Source: Candidatus Saganbacteria bacterium
Lineage (GTDB): Bacteria > Margulisbacteria > WOR-1 > JAKLHX01
DNA: 32,000 nt
Direction: 5' to 3'
NCBI GenBank assembly: GCA_026387835.1
Contig: JAPLKZ010000007.1
Coordinates: forward strand, 156,218-188,217
In this document: positions 25,039-32,000 of the stretch, piece by piece
Layout of the letters: each line of letters opens with the position of its first letter
How positions within the stretch are numbered: position 1 is the stretch's first letter
Made by a program: the position numbers and the translations under genes
Notes under the pieces: model-generated
Told to the model about the DNA's origin: nothing
Databases searched by the model: none
The model's input: only the letters and a program-made list of their open reading frames with translations

Positions 25039-26157
25039 ATGAATAGATATGAATTAAGAAACCCAACAGGGCATAATATAGTATTGCCCCAGCATTTTAA
25101 TCCCGGAGCAAGTGTCCGTCTGTCGATGTTGATCTCAGATATTGACCGCACAGCAATCAGCACAGGAATATCAAGGATACAGGGTTCCAACCGTGTTCAA
25201 TTAGTAAGAAGCCTGCTTATGGGTAAAGATGTTCATCTTATCAGCGGCAGCCCTTACCACCCTCAATATGCAGGGCTTGATTTTTCAAGGGAATCTATTC
25301 AAAGAAGGGTCGCTGAACCGGTCTTCAATAGTCTTCAAAGACTTAGGTCCATTGAAATGATGCCGCATCTCAAAATACATTATATTTCCGGGAAAGGGAA
25401 AGTGACTTTTACCGGGTCCGGAACAGAGCAAATGACCGAAGATAAAGAAAATCTTATTCCAGATGATATTAACTTCAAGATCGCGGTTGCTTTAGCGGGC
25501 GGGTTCTGTGCAAGGGTTAAGGGAATATGCTTGAATGGGTTCATGAGAGGTGATCTTAAAAGGTCTTTGGATTCTTCAGTTGATTTAAAAGCAATTGAAG
25601 CTGTTGTCAGGAAGGCTACTGGGATCGAAGCTGTGAGGTTCTGGCCCTTTGGAAGCGAATTGGCATTAATTTTCCATAGCCCAAAAGCTCCGAACGGTGA
25701 TGGTGTTGATAAATTTGCGAGATCAGTATTAGAGGCGGAAGGCATTATACTCCCTGAGGATAATTACTCTTTTTCAGGCGGAGGCGCTTATGCCAAAGTT
25801 GCCAGGATTAAAAAGAGAGATGTTATTGAAAAAGAACTGGCCGCCTTGAATCCAAACGGTGCTGTCCTTGGGCTTGGCGATTCAAATGCGGATGATTTCC
25901 TGCTTTTAGACCCGGATAGTTTTTTATTCTTCCCGGTCTATTTAGGGGCCGAAAAGGATATGGAACAGCATCCCCAGATATTAACTGCCTTGGACCGTTT
26001 TGGAAAAGACAGGATGGAGGCAAGAGGATTCGGCCGCACAGTCAAAACCTTCCTCGACGCCGAAGAGGCCGGTAAAACATACTATGACCTGCCGATCTTT
26101 TTAAAAGGCCAATCAATAAATCAACTTATCCAAATGGGGTTCAGGCTTCAAAACTAA
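25039..26157 (+). CDS. HAD-superfamily (IIB-like) phosphatase with an enlarged cap region
   Basis: 372 aa from the ATG at 25039, with an AGAGGG Shine-Dalgarno sequence 7 nt upstream. HAD motif I MLISDIDRTAI (DxDxT), motif II HLISGSP, and motif IV LGLGDSNADDFLL. The 5' part of the 474-aa track ORF is antisense to purB and is not counted. Confidence 0.6.
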   Translation: MNRYELRNPTGHNIVLPQHFNPGASVRLSMLISDIDRTAISTGISRIQGSNRVQLVRSLLMGKDVHLISGSPYHPQYAGLDFSRESIQRRVAEPVFNSLQRLRSIEMMPHLKIHYISGKGKVTFTGSGTEQMTEDKENLIPDDINFKIAVALAGGFCARVKGICLNGFMRGDLKRSLDSSVDLKAIEAVVRKATGIEAVRFWPFGSELALIFHSPKAPNGDGVDKFARSVLEAEGIILPEDNYSFSGGGAYAKVARIKKRDVIEKELAALNPNGAVLGLGDSNADDFLLLDPDSFLFFPVYLGAEKDMEQHPQILTALDRFGKDRMEARGFGRTVKTFLDAEEAGKTYYDLPIFLKGQSINQLIQMGFRLQN

Positions 26158-27219
26158 TTACAGTTTATATGCCATTGACTCGATCTCTCTGAGCAGCTCT
26201 GATACCATATCCTCTTCTCTGACCTTTTTTATCAGCTCACCTTTTTTAAAGATCATCCCCTGCCCTTTTCCTCCTGCAAGTCCGAGGTCGGCTTCTGCAG
26301 CTTCTCCCGGACCGTTCACGACGCAGCCCATTATGGCGATCTTAAGCGGAACTTCTATATGCCTTGTATTTTCTTCGATCTCTTTGACGACATGCTCCAT
26401 GTCATATTCAAGCCTGCCGCAGGTCGGGCACGAGATGATCGTTACCCCTTTGTTGAACATATTAAGCGATCTTAGTATCTCAAAACCGACCCTGACTTCT
26501 TCAACCGGGCTTCCGGTAAGAGAAACTCTTATCGTATCCCCGATGCCCTGCGACAAAAGAGAACCTATCCCGACTGCAGACCTGATGATCCCCGTTTTGG
26601 GGATGCCTGCTTCGGTTATCCCGACATGGAGAGGATAATCGACCTTCTTTGAAAGTATCTGATAAGCTTCGATCGTCTTTGGCACGTCGGAGGCTTTTAT
26701 TGAAACGACGATATCACTGAACTTCAGCTTTTCAAGTATTTTAACGTGTTTTAAAGCACTTTCCACAAGGGCCTGAGCTGTAGGGTGCCCGTGCTTTTTC
26801 AATATTTCCTTATCAAGCGAGCCGCTGTTCACGCCTATCCTTATGGGAACTTTCTTTTCTTTGGCCGAAGAGACGACGGCTTTTATCCTTTCAATATCAC
26901 CGATATTGCCGGGATTTATCCTCAGCTTGTCGATCCCCGCTTCAAGGGCCGTGAGGGCTAATTTATGATCAAAATGTATGTCTGCGACAAGAGGTATTGA
27001 AATGGAACGCTTTATTATCCCGAGAGCATTGGCGTCGGCCTCGTCTTTTACGGCGACGCGCACTATCTGGCATCCCGCCTCTTCGAGCATTTGGATCTGT
27101 TTTATGGTAGCTTCGGCATCGCTCGTGAAGGTCTTTGTCATCGACTGGACAGATACAGGGGATAAGCCTCCGATCGTCACGTTCCCGACTTTTACAGGTC
27201 TTGTCTTTTTGCGGGGCAT
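26158..27219 (-). CDS. ispG: 4-hydroxy-3-methylbut-2-en-1-yl diphosphate synthase (MEP pathway)
   Basis: 353 aa with VKVGNVTIGGLSPVSVQSMT, VRVAV, LVADIHFD, LRINPGNIG, the Fe-S Cys motif ISCPTCGR, and IAIMGCVVNGPGEA. Confidence 0.94.
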   Translation of the reverse strand: MPRKKTRPVKVGNVTIGGLSPVSVQSMTKTFTSDAEATIKQIQMLEEAGCQIVRVAVKDEADANALGIIKRSISIPLVADIHFDHKLALTALEAGIDKLRINPGNIGDIERIKAVVSSAKEKKVPIRIGVNSGSLDKEILKKHGHPTAQALVESALKHVKILEKLKFSDIVVSIKASDVPKTIEAYQILSKKVDYPLHVGITEAGIPKTGIIRSAVGIGSLLSQGIGDTIRVSLTGSPVEEVRVGFEILRSLNMFNKGVTIISCPTCGRLEYDMEHVVKEIEENTRHIEVPLKIAIMGCVVNGPGEAAEADLGLAGGKGQGMIFKKGELIKKVREEDMVSELLREIESMAYKL

Positions 27220-27247
27220 TTCAGAAGTATTATAACACAGCCAGCGC

Positions 27248-29056
27248 TTAATCCTTAAAACTTGATCCCAGCAACCTGTGCTTTATTGCATGTCCTATGA
27301 ATTTTACGAGATTTGCCTGTCTTTTTATTCTTTTGGGTTCTTTAGTCAGGCGGTAAAGCCATTCCAGCCCGATCTTGCGGACTATTTCAGGAGCTCTTTT
27401 TGCCCTGCCTGATATTACATCAAGGCTCCCTCCGATGACCATGCTGACGGGTATCCCGAGCTCTTTATAATGTTTTGCCAGCCATTTTTCCTGCCTTGGA
27501 GCGCCGAGACCGACGAAAAGTATATCAGGTCTTAATGCTTTTATCCCGCGGATTACGTCCTTCTCCTCATTATCCCTGAAATAACCGTGAAGCGTTCCGA
27601 CCACATTGACGCCTTGAAGTTTCTTTACGGCCTTTTCAGCGACTCCCGGAGCAGATCCGAGTAAAAAGACTTTATATCCTTTTTCTTTTGAAAGTTCCAA
27701 AAGTCTTATCATGAGGTCTATTCCTGCGACCCTTTCAATAAGCGGCATATTAAGAAGTTTTGCCGCTCCGACGACGCCGATACCGTCTGGAATGCCGATA
27801 TCGGCCGAGTTGATTATTTCACGCAGCTCGGTATCTTTCTGGGCCGCCATGATTATTTCAGGATTAGTGGAGAGTACCAGGCGGGGTTTTCTGCCGCGGA
27901 TATATCCTTCGATCATTTCGGCCGCGGCTTCGAGGCCGATATTGTTGACCTTAACCCCAAAAAGATAGATCTCTTTCATAGTATCGGCGAACTCGAAGAA
28001 AGCGCTGAAATTCAATTCTGCTCTCTTTATAAGTATCTTGGCATTTTCTTTTATTAATGAGACATAATGGTCTCTATTTTCGTAGACCTCGTCAAAAGCC
28101 CTTATCATATCATCGGCGGAGAAATTGAGCCCCAGTAACGGGCAGTCGATCTCTTTCATCAGATTATCGACCTTAGGGTCATAGTCTATTCCGATCATTG
28201 GAACATGTGAAACCGAAGCAAATATCAGGCAGTGAAGCCTCATGCCTATCAGGACGTCAAGTTTTGATATCAGGCACATCAGGTCTTTTGCCTCGTGCAC
28301 CTGCGCCAGGATCCCTGGCCTGTGCTTCATAAGGGAAGCGACGTTTGCGGATTCATCGGCATCAACGGGCTGCTGGAAAGGGATGAAAATGACATTAGCA
28401 TGATGTTTTTCAACTATACGATCAAGCGCTGAAGCGAGCCTCATGTACATGTCAGGAGACCTGTGTTTGAGCGGCCTTATGCAGACCCCGACCAAAGGCT
28501 TGCGGCCAAGGTCGAGATTTTCTTTCTTTAAGAGTTCTTCGATGCTGCCTTTTTCAAGGAGGAACGCCGGGTCGGCTGCGATCAGCATCAAAGGTCTGTT
28601 CACCCGGTCTTTCTGAAGGGCAACAAAAGAACCGAAATCCCTTACCGTGATAAGGGTGACATTGTTCAGAATATTCCTGACAAGCCATTTGTTGACGGTT
28701 CTTTTCACGGGGCCGTAACCTTGCCCCATGACCGCGACCTTCTTCTTTAATAACAGACCGAGCCAGATGATCCCGAGATAATAAGGGATGGACAAAGGCC
28801 CTGTAATGTCCTGCAGCAGTCCTCCCCCTCCGCTGATAAGCGTATCGCAGGACATTATCTCTTTGACAACCTGAAAAACGGAGAACCTTCTTATAGATCT
28901 TACATTGAACTTTTTAGAGGTCGCTCTCGGGTCGGCGGACAGAACAGTGGCCCTTATTTTTGGATTGCTCTTCTTTAGACGGGTGATGATAGATTCAAGA
29001 ATTGCTTCATCGCCGGTATTCCCTGTGCCGTAATAACCGGATATGACTACCTTCAT
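27248..29056 (-). CDS. csaB: Fusion protein: polysaccharide pyruvyl transferase CsaB (N-terminal, about aa 1-350) plus a WecB/TagA/CpsF (GT26) glycosyltransferase (C-terminal, about aa 360-600)
   Basis: 602 aa. N-terminal part: MKVVISGYYGTGNTGDEAILESI, MGQGYGP, RDFGS and SHVPMIGIDYDPKV. C-terminal part: LFGVKVNNIGLEAAAEMI, LSTNPEIIMAAQKD, ADIGIPDGIGVVGAAKLL, FLLGSAPGVAEKA, LFVGLGAPRQEKW and LEWLYRL. Confidence 0.85.
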   Translation of the reverse strand: MKVVISGYYGTGNTGDEAILESIITRLKKSNPKIRATVLSADPRATSKKFNVRSIRRFSVFQVVKEIMSCDTLISGGGGLLQDITGPLSIPYYLGIIWLGLLLKKKVAVMGQGYGPVKRTVNKWLVRNILNNVTLITVRDFGSFVALQKDRVNRPLMLIAADPAFLLEKGSIEELLKKENLDLGRKPLVGVCIRPLKHRSPDMYMRLASALDRIVEKHHANVIFIPFQQPVDADESANVASLMKHRPGILAQVHEAKDLMCLISKLDVLIGMRLHCLIFASVSHVPMIGIDYDPKVDNLMKEIDCPLLGLNFSADDMIRAFDEVYENRDHYVSLIKENAKILIKRAELNFSAFFEFADTMKEIYLFGVKVNNIGLEAAAEMIEGYIRGRKPRLVLSTNPEIIMAAQKDTELREIINSADIGIPDGIGVVGAAKLLNMPLIERVAGIDLMIRLLELSKEKGYKVFLLGSAPGVAEKAVKKLQGVNVVGTLHGYFRDNEEKDVIRGIKALRPDILFVGLGAPRQEKWLAKHYKELGIPVSMVIGGSLDVISGRAKRAPEIVRKIGLEWLYRLTKEPKRIKRQANLVKFIGHAIKHRLLGSSFKD

Positions 29057-31059
29057 ATTTTAATAAGCTTTTTTGCCGCCAGGTATAAGCAGTAATAGAT
29101 CAGTCCGAATAAGAGTCCGAGTATTAAGCCATATGCCGACCTTATAAGCGATATCAAAAGCGGCGAATGCACATGGCAGAAAGTATTGACCGTTGAGACA
29201 GGTGCGACCATGCCGATCACAAGGAAAGGCCACAGCCATTTTTTGCCGCCCGACAAAAAGTAGATGGCTCCCAGGAACAGCGCCGGATATCCTATGAGGA
29301 ACTCTTTGGTCCGCGGCCTTATCAGCATTATTTTCTCAAGGAATGTCCTCGCGAGTTTTTCGGTGTCCAATATGCCTATGCCGAAATTGCCGCTGCGCAA
29401 TATGTAGAGAGCGGCGACGCCCAAAAGCACTGCGGCTACAATGACGGCCAGTACAGTTATCGGTGAATTGAGCCACTCCGTCAGGTCATCTTTCAGGCTT
29501 TTTATCTCATCCTTTTCGATGACCGCGCAATAGAATGCGACCAACAGGACCGGCAGAATGAAAGCCAGCTTTATCCCGGTAAATTGCTGGGAGCCCACCA
29601 TGAAAATCGTGTCCGCCAAGAAGCCTACTATCAGGACAGCTCCCGCCATGCTTATGCAATAAACTGAGATCACCATGAGAACGGCTTTTGCGAACGGCGG
29701 GAAAAACTGTTTATCCATCTGCTTTATCTTAAACACGGAAGTGATGGCGAGTGTCGGAAAGACCACCGCGCAGCACAAAGCGGCCATTTTCTGAAAAAAC
29801 ACTGCCCCCCCTATCGCATTAAAAGCCAGCGGTTTTATTACCGAAACTGCCAGGACGAGCAATATAAACCACAGAGGGACCTGCCATAACACAGAAAGCA
29901 AAAGGATGATCCCCGCGCTTAGACCCAGCGTCAACAATACCATGGAAGGAGCCTTTAGACTTATCAATCCCGGCCTGTCTGCCTTTCCGATGGAATGAGA
30001 TGTTTTAAGCATCAAGGTCCGTATGGATCTCACATAATCAGTGTTCGTTGAAGTCAGGTTCTTCCCGGCATCGGGGATATAGAAAGGTCTTATGAAAAGA
30101 AGCCTTACCCCTCTTTCGTTCACGGCGCGGTCAAAACGGTCTATTGCCTCCTGTTTTATCATCTTTTTAAGCATCTCGTCCTCGGAGATGCTGTGGACCC
30201 TGATAATATCGGTCCTCAGGTATTTTAAAAGTTCGCTGTCCCCTTTTTGCTCGGCCATCTCGATATAGCCGTAATTGATACCTGATGAAATAATAGCTTT
30301 TGCGACCCCGGGGATGTTGTTCTTATAGCCGGCAACCTCTTCGCCGTCAAAAATCACCGTAGTGAAAGGCCCTTCGGAACGAAGGATCTCCAGTTTTTTT
30401 TGGACGATCTTGCCGTTAAGCCGGAAATTGTTCTTCAGGCGCGGAAGGACAAAAAAGCCGCGGTCAATTACAAATTTGAAAGCCTGCGGTGATATTCCAA
30501 GCCCCAGTTCCATCAGGTCTTCTTCATCATCGGTTATCTCAAGCTCATCAGGAACTGTCAGACTTACATTCCTTTTTCCGAGGACGATCTCAAGCTGGGA
30601 CTTTATCCGGTTTAAAACATCCATGTCTTCAGTGATAGCGTAGCTCAGCGAAGGATTTGGTTTGGCCTCTCTTTTTGGTGTCTTTAAAAGCGGATTACTT
30701 ATACTTTTTGCGTAAGATGAAAGTCTGCCTTTTATCTTATAGGTCTTGCTTATATTCCGGAGAGTGTCCTGTTCATAGCCGGTAAGCCATGAAAGCTTTC
30801 CCTGAAGTTCAAGAGTTTCAAGAGTATCTTCGGCCAGCGCTATCGATGTTATACCGGCGTCTTTAAACTGTCTTAGAACCGCATCTACAGGGAGGCCGTC
30901 GCGCAGGGAGATCTTTTTGATGTCACTGAGGTCCATAGCGAGTTCAACCGAGGTGTTCTTTGCCTCGACAACTATCCTTTTGTAGCCCTCTATAGCACCG
31001 GCGGCGACACCAATAGCAAGTATTGCGATAAGAAGATATAAAATTATTTTGTTCTTCAT
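29053..31059 (-). CDS. Large polytopic membrane protein of unknown function. By recollection it resembles the DUF5693 family that neighbours csaB/tagA genes.
   Basis: 668 aa. N-terminal anchor helix (LYLLIAILAIGVAAGAI), a roughly 350-aa soluble domain, then about 9-10 hydrophobic helices (for example MVLLTLGLSAGIILLLSVLW, VLMVISVYCISMAGAVLIVGFLA, VLAVIVAAVLLGVAALYIL, GLILGLLFGLIYYCLYLA). Its stop overlaps the csaB-tagA start (ATGA at 29053-29056). Confidence 0.6.
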   Translation of the reverse strand: MKNKIILYLLIAILAIGVAAGAIEGYKRIVVEAKNTSVELAMDLSDIKKISLRDGLPVDAVLRQFKDAGITSIALAEDTLETLELQGKLSWLTGYEQDTLRNISKTYKIKGRLSSYAKSISNPLLKTPKREAKPNPSLSYAITEDMDVLNRIKSQLEIVLGKRNVSLTVPDELEITDDEEDLMELGLGISPQAFKFVIDRGFFVLPRLKNNFRLNGKIVQKKLEILRSEGPFTTVIFDGEEVAGYKNNIPGVAKAIISSGINYGYIEMAEQKGDSELLKYLRTDIIRVHSISEDEMLKKMIKQEAIDRFDRAVNERGVRLLFIRPFYIPDAGKNLTSTNTDYVRSIRTLMLKTSHSIGKADRPGLISLKAPSMVLLTLGLSAGIILLLSVLWQVPLWFILLVLAVSVIKPLAFNAIGGAVFFQKMAALCCAVVFPTLAITSVFKIKQMDKQFFPPFAKAVLMVISVYCISMAGAVLIVGFLADTIFMVGSQQFTGIKLAFILPVLLVAFYCAVIEKDEIKSLKDDLTEWLNSPITVLAVIVAAVLLGVAALYILRSGNFGIGILDTEKLARTFLEKIMLIRPRTKEFLIGYPALFLGAIYFLSGGKKWLWPFLVIGMVAPVSTVNTFCHVHSPLLISLIRSAYGLILGLLFGLIYYCLYLAAKKLIKI

Positions 31060-31065
31060 CGTTTA

Positions 31066-32000
31066 TCAGACCTTCGGAAGATCTTTCAAGGCCTCCCGGA
31101 CAAGCTCTTCGGGATATTCAAAATCCTCAAGCTTTCCCTCGAGATAATTGTCGTACGCTGCAAGGTCAAAATGACCGTGCCCGCTAAGGTTAAAGACGAT
31201 GCATTTGTCTTCGTTCTTTAAAGCTTCGTCGATAGCCGCTCTGATCGCGTGCGCTGTTTCGGGAGCGGGCAGGATTCCCTCGGTCTTTGCGAACAGGACC
31301 GCGGCTTCGAATACTGTTGTCTGCTTGACTGCTTTCGCTTCTATCAATTTCTTTTTTACCAGCATAGAAAGTATGGGCGCCATGCCGTGATAGCGCAGAC
31401 CTCCTGCGTGAATGCCCGGGGGCATGAAACCATGGCCGAGGGTGTACATTTTTACCATCGGGGCAAGTTTAGCGGTGTCGCCGAAATCATAGGCATACGG
31501 GCCTTTTGTCAAGGTCGGGCATGCGGACGGTTCTACCGCTATCATCTTTATATTTTTCCCTTTCATCTTTTCGGATATGAACGGGATAGCAAAGCCGCCG
31601 AAATTGCTGCCTCCGCCGACACATCCGATAAGGACATCCGGATTTTCACCGGCAATTTTTAGCTGTTCCTTTGTCTCGAGGCCGACAACGGTCTGGTGAA
31701 GAAGCACGTGGTTCAGAACGCTGCCTAGCGAGTATCTTGCGTCGTCATGGGTCGCTGCGTCCTCTACGGCTTCAGATATTGCCATTCCCAGGCTTCCGTT
31801 GCTGTCAGGGTCAGCCTTTAAAATTCCTCTTCCGGCATTTGTCAGATTAGACGGGGAAGCATGTACTTCAGCACCCCAGACCTTCATCAGGGATTTCCTG
31901 TAAGGCTTCTGGTGGTAACTGACCTTTACCATATAGACCGTGCATTTCATTCCGAACACGTTGCATCCGAAAGCGATGGACGATCCCCACTGCCCTGCCC
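31066..32000 (-). CDS. trpB: TrpB2-type tryptophan synthase beta-like PLP enzyme. Partial: the N-terminus lies beyond the window.
   Basis: The frame stays open to the window edge (..[45 protein letters not shown]..). Has [11 protein letters not shown] and [11 protein letters not shown]. No trpA is adjacent. Confidence 0.85.
   Translation of the reverse strand, partial: AGQWGSSIAFGCNVFGMKCTVYMVKVSYHQKPYRKSLMKVWGAEVHASPSNLTNAGRGILKADPDSNGSLGMAISEAVEDAATHDDARYSLGSVLNHVLLHQTVVGLETKEQLKIAGENPDVLIGCVGGGSNFGGFAIPFISEKMKGKNIKMIAVEPSACPTLTKGPYAYDFGDTAKLAPMVKMYTLGHGFMPPGIHAGGLRYHGMAPILSMLVKKKLIEAKAVKQTTVFEAAVLFAKTEGILPAPETAHAIRAAIDEALKNEDKCIVFNLSGHGHFDLAAYDNYLEGKLEDFEYPEELVREALKDLPKV

Noticed and set aside
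1-32000. Search for CRISPR arrays, tRNA/rRNA genes, transposases, integrases, toxin-antitoxin pairs and known defence systems
   Set aside because: No spaced direct repeats, cloverleaf-capable intergenic segments or mobility/defence protein motifs were found. The intergenic space is too small, apart from 21878-22239 and 23461-23663, to hide such elements.

Overview
The window is a compact bacterial chromosomal segment. It uses the standard genetic code, since TAG, TAA and TGA all serve as stops in conserved genes. Almost all of it is coding, arranged in long co-directional arrays with many 1-17 nt start/stop overlaps.

Gene order, left to right:
- 3' end of a beta-strand-rich, probable outer-membrane protein, followed by a strong intrinsic terminator.
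- A truncated dcw cell-wall cluster (mraY-murD-ftsW-murG-murC-murB).
- Split transketolase, dCMP deaminase and prephenate dehydratase.
- A YtxH / DUF948 / YtxH small-membrane-protein triad followed by a stand-alone DUF4445-type ASKHA ATPase.
- One opposite-strand orphan gene.
- A second array: argS-ilvE-acpS-nnr-mlaE-mlaF-mlaD.
- A visibly AT-rich accessory patch at about 20.0-22.5 kb. It holds a tandem GT2-GT2-TPR glycosyltransferase frame broken by one in-frame TAG, a 347-nt non-coding gap, and a 65-aa single-EF-hand protein.
- purQ-purS-purB on the minus strand.
- An enlarged HAD-like hydrolase.
- ispG, a CsaB-TagA fusion, a large polytopic membrane protein and a partial trpB2, all on the minus strand.

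I found no rRNA, tRNA, CRISPR array, transposase, integrase or recognisable defence gene.

The most interesting content concerns the cell envelope of what looks like a Terrabacteria-type diderm:
- a natural fusion of the two consecutive SCWP (secondary cell wall polymer) enzymes, pyruvyltransferase CsaB and ManNAc transferase TagA, translationally coupled to an uncharacterised 668-aa membrane protein;
- a minimal MlaEFD system whose MlaD carries a long helical plus beta-rich C-terminal extension;
- the interrupted pseudo-GT/GT-TPR gene in the low-GC patch.

Extended -10 promoters (TGnTATAAT) sit 7-8 nt upstream of the mraY and argS ATG codons, which suggests leaderless mRNAs.

All family assignments come from motifs read by eye. 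No database search was run.
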